Assembly (NCBI RefSeq): GCF_009914755.1
Contig: NC_060928.1
Reading direction: 5' to 3' (one strand)
Length of the DNA: 64,000 nucleotides
Source: the human T2T-CHM13v2.0 reference genome, Homo sapiens
The translations under genes were made by a program, and so were the position numbers. Below, one piece after another: positions 1-13,869 of the stretch; position 1 is the first letter of the stretch, and the number at the start of each line of letters is the position of its first letter. The notes beneath the pieces were generated by a model that was not told the DNA's origin, searched no databases, and worked only from the letters and a program-made list of their open reading frames with translations.

Positions 1-297
1 ATGTATAAATTCTTGTAATCATCACCACAATCGAGATACAGGACTGCTTCATCACACTAAAAAAAAACTGATATTTCTTAACACCCAAACCTCTCTCCTC
101 TCTTATACCTGGTGAACATTGATTTGTTCATCAGTACAGTTTTGACCTGCGACTGCTATATAAATGTAACACAGAGTGTATAAACTTTGAGACTGTCTTC
201 TCTCACTCAGCATAATGCTTTGGGGATTCTTCCAAATTGTTTGGTGCGTCTATAATAGTCTATTAGTTTTTACTGCTGAAAAATATTTTATTGTATG

Positions 298-656
298 TGC
301 ATTAGTCTGTTCTTATGCTGCTAATAAAGACATACTGAGATTGGGTAATTTATAAAGGAAAGAGGTTTAATTGACTCACAGTTCAGCATGGCTAGAGAGG
401 CCTCAGGAAACTTGCAATCATGGCGGAAGGGAAAGCAAACATGTCCTTCCCACCGTGGCAGGAATGAGAAGTGCCCAACAGAAGGAGGGAAAGCCTTCAG
501 ATCTCATGAAAACTCACTCACTATCAAGAGAACAGCATGAGGATAACCACCCCCATGATTCAATTACCTCCCACTCAGTCCCTCCCAGGACATGTGGGGA
601 TTATGGGAACTACAATTCAAGATGAGATTTGGATGGGACACAGCCAAACCACACCA
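298..656 (-). mobile_element. THE1/MST-family MaLR solo LTR
   Basis: Reverse complement of the THE1 LTR: starts 'tgcattagtctgttcttatgctgctaataaagac' and ends 'gatgagatttggatgggacacagccaaaccacacca'. The host L1 resumes on both sides. Confidence 0.9.
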
Positions 657-2556
657 GAAGTACCACAATTTGTTTATCCATTCACCTGCTGAGAGATACT
701 TCAGTTGTTTTCAGTTTAAGGCAATTACAAATAGGACTGCAATAAACATTCGTATGCAGGCTTTCTGTATGAACATAAATTTTCATGACTATAAGATAAA
801 TACCTACATGGACAACTCCTGGGTCATCAGATAAGTGTATGTTTTACTATACGATAAACTGCCAAAATATTTTCCAGAGGAGCTGCATCATTTTGCTTCC
901 CCACCAGCATTGTATGAGAGTTCCAGTTGCTCCGCATGCTCATCACAGTAATTCATAATTCTCTCTCTTTTTTTTTTTTTTTTGCAATTTTAGGCACTCT
1001 AATACTTATGAACTGTTACCACATTGTAGTGTTAACTTAAATTTCTCCAATGAATTATGATGCTGAGTATCTTTTAATTGTGCTTATATTTTATACACCT
1101 GCTTTGGTGAAGTGTCCATGGAAATATTTTACCCTTTTTCCAAAAAACCAAAAAAAAAAATAAAAAACAAAATAGGTTTTGTTTTCTTATTGTTGGTTTT
1201 CAATAATTTTAAACTATATTCTGTATGCAAATCTTTTGTCAGACATATGATTTGTAAATATTTTCTCCCAGTCTATGATTCTGCTTTTCATTCTTTTAAC
1301 AGTACCTTTCAAAGAGCAAAAGTTTTGTTGTGCTTTGCTTTTTTAATTTTGATAAAATCCAATTTCTTACTTTTTAAGAATAATTATGATTTGTGTTTTG
1401 GTGATGATATCTAAGAATATCTTGCTTAATGCTAGGTCACAAAGATTTTCAAAAAGGTTTGTCATTTAATGTTTTACATTTAAATCTGTGATTGATTTTG
1501 AGTTAATATTTATATTAAGTAAGAGACTGACATTGAGGTTCATTACATTGTATTTGAATGGTTAATTTTCCCAAAACAATTTCTTGACAGGATTATCTAT
1601 TGTCCATCGAACTGCCTTTGCATCTTTGTCAAAAATCAGTTGGCTACATATGAGTGGGTATATTTATGGATTATCTTCCGTTTGATGGATCTGTGTGTCT
1701 ATCCCTTCAATGCCACTATGTCTTAATTAGTGTAGCTTTATAGTAAGTCTTAAAATCAGGTAGCATGAGTATTACAACTTTATTCTACTGTTTTAACCAT
1801 TTATAACCTTTCTGTAATAATTTTAGAAGCCTTAAGTATGATGCTAGCTCTTGGTTTTTTGGAGATGGTTATAGGTTTAAGAAAGTTTCCTTCTACTTTT
1901 AGTTGTCTGACAATTTTTGTCATAAATGATGTATTTTGTCAAATGATTTTTCTATATGTATTGATATGATCTCCTTTTCTTCTGCAGGTTGTTAACATAA
2001 TGAATTACACTAATGGATTTACAAATATTGAATCAGCCTTGCATTCCCTAAAAAATTCCATCTTGGTCTTCTGTATTATTTTTATTAATATTTATTACTA
2101 GATTTGGTTCTTTAGTATTTTGTCAATTTTGTGTCTATTTATATAAGGGATTTGGTTTGTAATTTTTTCTTTTGTTTTATATCTTGTTTTGGTACTATCA
2201 TTGTCTGGTTTTGGTATTAGAGTAATACTAGCTTCCTAAAATAAGTCAAAAAGTGCTTACTCCTCTATTTCTAGAAGAGATTGTCTGGAATTGGTGTTAC
2301 TCCTTTATGCAATTGGTAGAATTATTCAGTATATCCACTTGATCAGGGGTTTTCTTTATTGAAAGGTTTTAATTTATGAATTCAATGTTTAATAATTGTG
2401 GCACTATTTGAGTTATTTATGATATTTTGAGTAAGTTTTAGTACTGGTTTCTGAGGAATTGGTAATTTTATCTAAGTTATAAAATTCATGTACATATTAT
2501 TTATAGTACTTTTTATTACCCTCTTAATATTTATGAGTTCTGAAGGAATATCCCAG

Positions 2557-2812
2557 TTTTTTTATTTTTTATTTTTTTTTATTGGGGAGTACCTAGTAGG
2601 TATATATATTTATGCAGTACATAAGATATTTTGATACAGGCATGCAAATCATAATAATTACATCAGAGTAAAAGGGTTTCCATCACCTCAAGCATTTATC
2701 CTTTATGTTATGATCCAATTACATTCTTTTAGTTATTTTAAAATATACAATTACATTACTATTGACTACAGTAACCCTGTTGTATTACCAACTGCTAGGT
2801 GTATTATTCATT
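2557..2812 (-). mobile_element. L1MA1-3-like 3' end fragment (antisense, poly-T tail first)
   Basis: Poly-T followed by 'tagtaggtatatatatttatgcagtacataagatattttgatacaggcatgcaa...catcacctcaagcatttatcc', typical of the L1MA 3' UTR. Confidence 0.7.
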
Positions 2813-3412
2813 AGTAAGTTCTATCCAAACTTTTCTTGTCTTTCTTTTTCCAGCTTTATTTTGGTATATAAATTTTGTTCATCTTTAGAAAAGCCAGCTT
2901 ATTGTTCAATTTTTTTCTACTCTTCTTCTATTTAAAAAATTATTGATTTATATTTTTAAATTATTTCCCTCCTTCTATTTGCTTGGGTCCATTTTGCCCT
3001 TTTTAGTTTCTTAAGGTAAGAACAGATATATTGATTTGAAGCTTTTCTTCTTTTCTAATATAAATATTTAATGCTATGAATTATTCTTTAAAAACTGCCT
3101 TAAATGAATTTCACAAATCTTGATATGTTTTATTTTCATTTTGATTCAATTCAAAATATTGTTCTAATTCCTTGGGCCTTCCTCTTTACCCAAAGGAAAT
3201 AAAATCAGCCCTCATAGAACTATCTGCAAACCCACATTTATTGCAGCATTATTCACAAGAGCCAAGTTATGGAAACAATGTAAATATCCATTGATGGATA
3301 AACAGATTAACAAATTATATACATAAATATGTATATGCATATATGTGTGTGTGGATACACACACACACACACATAAGAATATTATTCAGCCTTGAAAAAG
3401 AAGGCAATCTGG

Positions 3413-3744
<332 letters not shown>

Positions 3745-3967
3745 CTAAGTGAGATAAGGCAGACACAGAAAGAAAAATACTGCATAATCTCAATGATATC
3801 TGGAATCTAAAAAAAGAAAATTGAATACATAGAAACAGAGAATAAAATGGCAGTTACCAAGGATAGAGGTAGAGAAAGGAAATGAGAAGATGAAGCTTAA
3901 AGGATGCAACTTGCAGATATGTAGGATGAGTAAGTCGAGAGATACAACGTGCAACATGAAGAATATG

Positions 3968-4828
<861 letters not shown>

Positions 4829-4829
4829 T

Positions 4830-7085
4830 ATTTAATTTTCAAGTGTTTGAGAGTCTCCTGTAATCTTTGTTATTGATTTTAGTTTAATCTATTAGAATGA
4901 AAGAGTAACATTTGTATGATTTCAAGTGATTTTAATTTTTAAATTTGTTTTGTGACCTGGAATACATTCTATCTTGGTGAATGATCTCTGTCCACTTGAA
5001 GACAAGGATGTACATTCTTCGGTTGTTGGTTGATATGTAAAACGTCAGTGTGAAAACATCCAGCTTTGATGATGTTGTTCAGTTTTTCTATATCCTTGCA
5101 GACTCAGTATCCACTGAATCTATCAATTACTGAGAACGGAGGTTGAATTACTGAGAGCAGAGGTAATACATCTAAATATAATGGTGGATTTGTATACTTC
5201 TTTCAGTTCTGTCAAATTTTGTTTCATATGTTTTGAAATTCTATTGTCAGTACTTATTTTACACATTGAGGACTTTTATGGCTTCTTGAGAAATTGACCT
5301 TATCATTATGTTATGTCTCACTTTATCCCTATTGTTCTTTGCTCTGAAGTCTACTTTGTCTGATACTAATATAGCTAAATGTTAACGATAGTTTTCTTTT
5401 TAAAAGAAAAGCTTTGTTCTGAAAACAAAATTCTTTAACAGTTATTTTAGAGGAAGTCTGCTGGCAACAAATTCTCTTAGTTCTTCTTTATCTGAGACAG
5501 CTTTATTTCACTGTCATTTCTGCAGGAATTTTTCACTCGATGGAGTTTGACTGTGTTTTTCTTTAGGCCCTTTAAAAATGCTTTTTTTACTTCTTTCTGG
5601 CTACCATGGTTTCTGATGAGAAATCTACAGTCATTGAAATTGTTGCTCTCCTAAGTAATGCATCATTTTCTCTGTCGTCTTCAATATTTTTTCTTTACTT
5701 TCCAGCAGCTTGATTATAATGTCTCCAAGTGTGAATTTGTTTGTTTGTTTGTTCGTTTGTTTTCTGTTTGGAGTTTGTTCAACCTCTTAAATCTGTAAGT
5801 TTATGGGTTTTGTCAAATTTGAGAGGCTTTCTTACTATTATTTCTTCAAATATTTTCTCTGCACACTATTTTTCATCTCCTTCTGGGACTTCTTTGACAT
5901 AAATGTTAGATTTTTATATCTTCCCATTAGTCTCCGAGACTCTGTTCCTTTTTCTCCATCTTTTCTCTCTGTGTTTTTCAAATTAAATAAATTCTAATGA
6001 CATATTTCAAGTTCACTGACTTTTTCTCCTAGCATATTCATTCTGCTAGTAAGCCCCTTCTGTGATACTTTTACTTTGGTTAATGTGTTTTTCTGTTTTT
6101 AATTTCCAGTCATTTCTTCTTTATATCTTCTATTTGTTTTTGTTAAGACCTTCTACCTGCCCATTTATTTCAACAACGTTTACCTTAACCTACTGAAGCA
6201 TTTTAAAAATAGCTATTTTGAGTCTGCCAGATAATTCAAACTAGCATTTGTTGATTTTCTGTTTCTCTCAAGTTAAGATTTTCCTGATACTTTATATATT
6301 GAGTAATGCTTGGATTGTGTTGTAGATATTTTGAGTATTACCTTATGAGATACTAAGTCTTGCTTAAACCATATGGATAATCTTAAGCTTTTAGTGTTAG
6401 TAGATCCATGCATGCACAGCTTGGGGTGTGTCCAGAAATTCACAAATAATTTTTAGGTGAATTTTTGGAAGTCCTTCCTCTCTGAAATCTCAAAATCTTC
6501 TCATTTCCTAGGACCCCTCTTTTTAGCCTACTATTCTAAAAGCTGATTTATTCACCGGAGTCTTCCATACTCCCCTTTGCTGTGCACAGGTCTGGGGTTA
6601 AGCTGTGGAGGACAGAAAAGGTAGGGGTGGGGGTATAGAAATAAGAGTTTTCTCCTCCCTCTTCAAAGCACAGCTTCTGTATCCAACAGGAAGCTTCTAC
6701 TCAGAATTCTAGGTGTTTGTGAGAAGCTACAGGCTGAAATATAAGATATTTTGCAAATAAGCATTTACTGTATTCTCTCTGGCCATTAGGAAATCTGTCC
6801 TTACTACTCAAGCTGTAACGAGAGTACTTCTCTTGAGTTCTTTCATGTTCTGGGGTGGGTTGCACCAGGCCACGTGGATACCAAAGTAAAAAAGAATGAA
6901 AAACTCACTGCTGATTCAGTGATACATTGAATTTTGGCCTTCTTCGCCACCCCTCCTGCTACTAGTTATTTTTTAGAGTACTCAAAGTATCTTCTCCATT
7001 CACTCAGTCCAGGTTTTATAGCTGCTTTCCATGGAAAATCCAGGATGGAGTATTCTTACTTCATCCTTCCCATATCTGAATCCCC
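4830..7085 (-). mobile_element. Old L1M antisense continuation (ORF2 5' part, ORF1 and 5' region)
   Basis: 'ctgaagtctactttgtctgatactaatatagcta', 'gtctgctggcaacaaattctcttag' and 'ggtttctgatgagaaatctacagtcatt'. The far boundary is approximate. Confidence 0.7.
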
Positions 7086-7299
7086 TGCATTGTGTTAATT
7101 ATTCTAAAATCCAGAACATTCTTCTACGGGTAGGCTTCTCCAGCTCTTTCTTTTCCAAAATCTAATGAAATTAAATTATGCTGTTTCCCACATGATTGCT
7201 GTCCTGCAAAAATTGGTGCACACAGAATAAAATGTTAACGGAACTTCTTAGAATTGTGAAACACAAAGGCTGTTTCTTGCATCTACATGTGTCCACACT

Positions 7300-7566
7300 A
7301 TTCCATCATAATTTGATGCCCTTCCTCTGTCATCTGTGTTTGCATAGTTAACTCCCACTGAGACTTTAAGATTCAGATCAAGTGTTGGCTTGAGCTTGAG
7401 GTAGGTGTTCATGTTCTGTTTACACTCCCATGGTGTTCTGGACTATTTACAAATGCTTATCTGACTAGCTGTGTCTCCTTTAAGCACTCTGTTATTTTTA
7501 TGTGTATATCTCCAATGCCTAAAAGGAAGTGGATGTTTCATAAATGTTTGATGAATGAATGAATGA
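7300..7566 (+). mobile_element. L2 3' end fragment
   Basis: Ends in 'cataaatgtttgatgaatgaatgaatga', the L2 terminal TGAA repeats. Confidence 0.55.
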
Positions 7567-8649
7567 GAAAAGAATAAAAATTCATTGAGTGCTCACTTTA
7601 TAAATAATGTTATTTACTCTGCACAATCTTAAAATAACATAATTGTATTAGACATGTTTTGCAAGTGACTGTCTCTCACTGGTGGGCACTTGCTCAAGTT
7701 CAGCTTACCCAAAGGCTGACTAAAATTCTATGGCTAGCAAGGAAAACATGAACTAGGTAAATCATCACAAGCTTTTTGGAATTTTGAAATAAGGAAACTA
7801 AGAGAATGTAGCCAGCTGGATCCAGACAGCAGCATATAATTGAGACCAGTGTGACAACAAAGGCCTTGTCCAACCTGATACAAATAAAAGAAAAAGTAGT
7901 TTATAGAGAGGAGGTAGTGAATACTTACAGAGAAACAAGAGGCCATGGAACCTTTGGAGAGAGACCATGATAAGAGAGTGGGGAGGATGCCTGCACGGTT
8001 TCCCATATACAGCTCCCCCAAACTGACTGTACATATACAAATTATTAATCTTACTTTTTCTTAAGACCCATGGCATACTTTGTAAAAAGAACTTCTTGAA
8101 CTTTCTTGAGTGAATTTTTATTGTTCACTAGCTCCTTATTTAAGCAGACATTGATGGTTACTAACACAATAACCATTAGCTCTTTTATTTTAAAGCCCTG
8201 AATTATATCTACATTTTCCAGCCTCCTTCATGTAGCCACATTTCCCTGAGAAGGTTAGTAGCATCCCCAACCCAAGAGATACATTTTATTTGGCTTAAGC
8301 CAAATGTTGAAGATCCCTACTATTATCAGTGCTTAGATTATGCAAAGAAAGGTGGTATAGTTCTGGCCAATGAGACGTGAGAGGGACTCAACTGGGGGGC
8401 TTAGGCAAAACAGGGTTTTATGGGAGGCTTCTTTAGGGGTTTGAAAAGGTCATATTGTAATTTTATTGTTTCTTCTCCAGGAATAAGCTGAAATATACTA
8501 CAGAGTAAATTTCCTCTCATCAACTATTTGGTTATACTAAGGTATAGACAATGAACAAGAGGCAGAGAAATACGTGATGTCCCCTTATATATCAATTTAG
8601 AATAATAACTTGGTTCTTTAGTACCTTTCAAAGGTGAAAACTTTGTTTA

Positions 8650-9130
8650 ATTTTTTTTAATAATACAAGGTCTCATCCTTTCACCCAACCTGGTGTACAG
8701 TGGAGCAATCTCAGTTCATTGCAGCTTGGACCTCCCGGGCTCAAGTGATCTTCCCACCTCAGTTTCCTGAGCTTCCTACTGCTCGAACTTCATTGTACTT
8801 CTTCCCAGGAACAACTCTTACAAACATCAACAATGACCTCTGTGTTCTGCTATCGAAGTTCATCATTATTTCATTTCTCCTTTTTTGTATAAATAATTTA
8901 TTCTGTCTGCTTACACCTTATCACAATGACCTGGTTCTTTTCTCTCCTAGGTGGCTACATCTTCTTCACTCAGGTGCATATCACCATGCCTGTCTAATTT
9001 TTTTGTTTTTTATAGAGACAGGGTTTCTCCTTGTTTTCCAGGCTGGTCTCAAACTCCTGAGCTCAAGCAATCCTCCAGCCTCAGCCTCCCAAAGTGCTGG
9101 GATTACAAGTGTGATCCAGCACGCCAGGCC
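8650..9130 (-). mobile_element. AluJ-like element interrupted by a ~200 bp templated insertion (8773-8972)
   Basis: Antisense Alu: 'cctcccgggctcaagtgatcttcccacctcag...cctgag' [insert] 'caggtgcatatcaccatgcc...aactcctgagctcaagcaatcctcc...gccaggcc'; TSD ~gtttaattttt. Confidence 0.9.
8773..8972 (+). repeat. Direct-repeat copy of 10121-10320 (about 170/200 identical, ungapped)
   Basis: Manual alignment at a constant offset of 1348 bp. Confidence 0.95.
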
Positions 9131-9299
9131 AAAAGTTTAATTTTTAATTGTCATTATGAAATCAAGGATTTTTACTTATTTCATATGTTCTGATTTAGTT
9201 ATAATTCTTAAAAGGTCATAAAATTAGAATATGACCTTTCCAAACCCTTAAAGAGACCTTCCAACCTCCTATCTATCCAACTGTACCCTGTAAGTACAG

Positions 9300-9500
9300 A
9301 CTACTTAAGAAGGCAGCCTTTGAGGCCAGGCAGACTTGGGTTCAAATCATAGTTTCTCCACTTAGATTCTGTATGACCTTCATCAGTTTACTATAGCTCT
9401 TTGTGCCTCATTTTTTGCATACATAGAATATGCCTAACACCTCTCAGTATTTTTGTGAGGATCAAATAAGATTGAAAATATAAGGTGCTCAAGAAAATGG
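9300..9500 (+). mobile_element. MIR fragment
   Basis: 'ggcagacttgggttcaaatc...tgtatgaccttcatcagtttactatagctctttgtgcctca...tttttgtgaggatcaaataag'. Confidence 0.7.
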
Positions 9501-9556
9501 AGCTCTTCTATATCATCTTTCCCTCCTCTTTTTAAAATTGTATCCTCTTCTTCCTA

Positions 9557-9636
9557 TTAGGTTGGCACAAAAGTAACTGCGGTTTTGGCCATTACTTTTA
9601 ATTGCAAAAGTCACAATTACTTTTGCACCAACCTAA
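9557..9636. mobile_element. MADE1 (Hsmar1-derived 80-bp MITE)
   Basis: Exactly 80 bp, 'ttaggttggcacaaaagtaactgcggttttggcca...gcaaaagtcacaattacttttgcaccaacctaa'; near-palindromic; TA TSD on both sides. Confidence 0.95.
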
Positions 9637-10049
9637 TATATTGGTAATAGTATTAATATCAGTATTATTATTTAAGTATTCTGCCCAATTTTTAATTCCT
9701 CTCTAAAGTCTATTCTATTTACTTCTACCAGTGTTGACATAACTACTGATCACATTGTATTATTTAGTCTTATTAAATCCTGCATATATGAATTTATTAA
9801 TTTATTCAACAAAATTCACCATTAAGGCTGCAAGCCCACCTTATCTTTATTGATATTTATTTTATTTATCTATTACTACAGATAACCACTCCTTTTTAAG
9901 TCCACAGCCTCTGCTCATGCAAAGACTTTGCACTTGAAAATTTTCCTTCTCTTTTCTGCAATATGTTATTCCCTTTTTACCAGCTGAATCTCATCAGCTG
10001 ACATGCATGATCCATTGTATTTTATCTTCAAATGTAACCCTCTCTTGAT

Positions 10050-11830
10050 ACCATATTCACACCAAGGCTCTAACTCTATTTGTCTACTCCCACCACAGCA
10101 AAACTTGAAAAAGTTGGCTGTCACTACTATTCCAATTTCATTCTACTTCTTCCCAGGGACGACTCTTACAAACACCAGCAATGAACTCTGTGTTCTGCTA
10201 TTGAAGTTCATCATTATTTCATTCCTACTTTTTTATAGAAATAATTTCTCCTCTTTCCTTTCTCCTTATCACACTGACCTGGTTCTTTTCTCTCCTGGAT
10301 GGCTATATCCTCTTCATTCATTCCTTGTTTGTGCCTCCCCATTTTAACTTGTCCTTTCAAAGTGGGAGTGCCTCAGGGCTAAGATCCTGAGTTTTATTCT
10401 TTGCTATGCTCATAAAGACTTCCGGGGCAACTTCAACCAGTCACCTGCTCTGTTGGCCATCATGGCGTATCTAGGGGTACCTCCCACAGAATGTCAGCAT
10501 AAAATGCTAACTGGGAGGTCCTTACCCAATTATTTTAAATAGGAAAATTATAATATGTTGTGTGTCAATCTCAAATTCACAACTAATTTTCTAAAACACA
10601 ACAAAACAACAATATAAAATTGTATTACTATATACAAGTATAACATAAACTATTGTGTTAAGGTGTCAAATGTTTAACACGGTGCCTCTGAATCATCAAA
10701 CCATTAAAGTAGTGGTAACAGGTATCTGCTTTGTCTTCAGTAACATGACCTTTCCAGCAGCCAAGTAACATACCCATCTGTTAACACTTATAAGATTTCA
10801 AAATATTTATCAGTATGTATTTGTTGGCTGCCTAAATCTTTCTCTATACCTCTGACATCTTCCAATACTGGACTTTTATATCTAACTTTTTATTATCTTG
10901 CTCTCATTCTCCTTTATCTTTCTTGTACACACACACACACATACAGACACATGTACACATAAATACACACATACACACATACACATCTGCTTCTCTTTCA
11001 GATTTTTTCTACTTAGCTAAAGTCATCACCATCCACCAAGATATTAGAAACAAAAATTTAGACATCTTTGATCTCTTTTCCACTAATGACAACATCTGAT
11101 CTATCCGCCAGTCCTGTCAATTGTATTTACAAAACACATCCAATGCTAGTTCCATTCCCCACCTCCACTAGAGTATATGTATTCCACATGGTCTAAACGA
11201 AGATTGTTACCAGTAATGGTTACTGAAAAAGACTTGAAATTGAACTCCCTGTGTTGACTCTTTCCCTAATCTACTTAAAACATTTTCCAAGCCTTCCAAT
11301 TTTCCATAGGATAAAATACAAACTCCATAACACCACTTACACAGCCTTCCATGATCTGGTTGCTTCTTTCCTTTGACCTCAACTCTTACCCACTCCGCAT
11401 TCCTTGCTTGTTAAGATCCTGCCACACTGGCCTGCCTTCCTGTCCTGAAACAAACTGGTTCCAGTATTAAGGTCTCTGCACTGCACCCTTGGCCCTGATC
11501 TGGTCTTCCCTTGGTGGATCCATCCATTCAGCTACAGTTTAGATTAAATAGCACCTCCTCTAAGAAAACTTTCTTGACAATCCAACCTAGAAATGTCTTG
11601 CGATCATGCTTTATCACAACATTCTACATAAATTCTCTGCATGGCACTTATAATGGATATTTTTGTGTGTTCAGTTGTTTATATCTTGCCTCTCCCATAT
11701 CTATCCCTTCTGATTATAAGCCCTGTGAGAGCAGGATCTTTATCTGTATTGTACTGCTGTATCCTCTGAACTTAGATTGTTAGTGACAGATACTAAGAAC
11801 TTAATAAATATTGGTCAAGTTAATTAATGA
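10050..11830 (+). mobile_element. L2 (LINE-2) fragments; includes the donor of the 200-bp duplication; interrupted at ~10460-10790 and by (CA)n at ~10928-10985
   Basis: 'cacagcaaaacttgaaaaagttg', 'gtgggagtgcctcagggct', 'ggataaaatacaaactcc' and 'gattataagccctgtgagagcaggatctt...cttaataaatattgg'. Confidence 0.75.
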
Positions 11831-11834
11831 AATA

Positions 11835-12480
11835 TTCATTGAGTGCATTAGGTTCAGGTCTGCACCAGTAGCAGGAAGTAAAAAGGTGAAAAGTCATGGT
11901 GTTTGTCTTCAAGTTACTTTTAGTTAAGAAAGAAGATAATCCTGCAAAGAAAGTTTAAAATGTAACATGATGATGGAGAAATGTCATAAGTACAGTAAGA
12001 TCATGGAGAAAGTGCTCAAGTGTGTCCCAAAAAGACAGGGACATTTTCCCAGAGGAGGCAGTGCTGAAAAAAGCTACTTAAGGATGAACAGGGATCTGTG
12101 TGTTGAGTAAAAGGAAAGGCATTCTTCGCAGAAAGTACATGTTCTAATAGCTAAAAGCTGTACAGTATTCCTGGAGTATACTGCAGGTAACAGAGTCATA
12201 AACTCTAAGGCTGTTTGTGTGGAAAGAGGAAAGAGCATGCAGGTTTCCACATGACGAGTTTACCGTGATCAGTAAGGGGTCCCTGAAGAATATTGGGCAT
12301 AAGAATAGGGACATTCATGAACTAGAGAAATCCCCTTGTCATAAGTGAGGAGAATGACTTCAAAATCAAAACAGGAAAGCTAGCCAGAAGTCTATTGCAA
12401 TTATTTAAGCAAAAAGTAATTAACCAGTTAGAGTGAAGACAGAATAAAGTCCAGGAAGAATACATGAGACCTGGTAAGTA
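11835..12480 (-). mobile_element. L2 fragment (antisense)
   Basis: Purine-rich antisense L2 pattern, e.g. 'ttcccagaggaggcagtgctga' and 'ccagaagtctattgcaattattta'. Confidence 0.5.
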
Positions 12481-12757
12481 AGAAATCTAGAAAAGAAGTA
12501 TCAGTATTCTTAGTGAACCCAAGCTTTAGGCTTTATTCATCTTGAGAAACCCAGTGCCTAGTATAGTCCCTGGAACAAAGAAGAAGCTCCATGTAGATTT
12601 GCAAATACAAATCAAACTGTATTAAGAGCAATTAATAAATTCAATATGGTAACTGAATACCCTGATTACTACAAATGAAGGTATAGTTATGGTATCATGA
12701 TTTTATTTTATTTTTTTAACTGTAGCTACACATCAGTTAATTTTAAATGATTTGTTA

Positions 12758-13153
<396 letters not shown>

Positions 13154-13304
13154 CTAGAGAAGAAATAAAAAATTAATAGCTGTCAATCCTTTCATGAAAC
13201 TTAATAATTCAATTATCCAATACAAATATTTCAAATGAGTGTGAAAGTGTGTAAACAAGGATGCAATATACAATGAAGTAAGCATGTATGAATATAAGGA
13301 AATA

Positions 13305-13576
13305 GTATATATACATACATATATATACACGTATACATACATACATATATACACGTATACACACATACATATATACACGTATACACCCATACATATATAC
13401 ACGTATACACACATACATATATACACGTATACATACATACATATATATACACGTATACATACATACATATATATACACGTATACATACATACATATATAT
13501 ACGTATATATACATACATATATACACGTATATATACCTACGTGTATATATATATATACACACACATATATATATAC
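13305..13576. repeat. Compound (TA/CA/TACA) minisatellite, ~22-24 bp unit with an ACGT core
   Basis: Repeated 'atatatacacgtatacatacatac'; 10 ACGT cores counted. Confidence 0.95.
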
Positions 13577-13869
13577 TTTTTTTTTTTTTGAGACGGAATC
13601 TCTCTCTGTCCCCCAGGCTGGAGTACAGTGGCATGAGCTCGGCTCACTGCAACCTCCATCTCCCGGGTTCAAGCGATTCTCCTGCCTCAGCCTCCTGAGT
13701 AGCTGAGATTAGAGGTGCAAGCCACCATGTACAGCTAATTTTTGGATTTTTAGTAGAGACAGGGTTTCACCATGTTGGTGAGGCTGGTCTCAAACTCCTG
13801 ACCTTGTGATCTGCCTGCCTCAGCCTCCCAAAGTACTGCAATTACAGGTGTGAGCCACCATGCCCAGCC
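13577..13869 (-). mobile_element. AluS (Sg/Sc-like)
   Basis: Antisense Alu; 16-bp TSD aggaaatagtatatat at 13297-13312 and 13870-13885. Confidence 0.95.

Larger units (their letters stand above)
1..3190 (-). mobile_element. Old L1M-type LINE-1 (3' end and ORF2 region, antisense), interrupted by a THE1 LTR and an L1MA fragment
   Basis: T-rich antisense L1 tracts such as 'cagcattgtatgagagttccagttgctccgcat', 'ctttgtcaaaaatcagttgg' and 'gtctggttttggtattagagtaatactagcttc'. Highly diverged; subfamily not resolved. Confidence 0.8.

Noticed and set aside
5125-5164. 19-bp tandem duplication (similar small ones at 23976-23997 and ~60538-60572)
   Set aside because: Ordinary slippage duplications with no further structure.
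8700-10347. Two similar hydrophobic ORFs (146 aa and 114 aa) sharing 'YFFPGTTLTN...DLVLFSP', suggesting paralogous genes or a DGR-like template/variable repeat pair
   Set aside because: They are translations of the L2-derived duplication and Alu. Mismatches fall 6/12/12 on codon positions 1/2/3 (no synonymous bias) and are not adenine-specific.
13305-13576. Regularly spaced repeats resembling a CRISPR array
   Set aside because: No unique spacers, low complexity, no cas genes, eukaryotic context.
13154-13706. Several 95-172 aa ORFs rich in Y/I/V/C/H/T
   Set aside because: Translations of the TA/CA minisatellite plus Alu.
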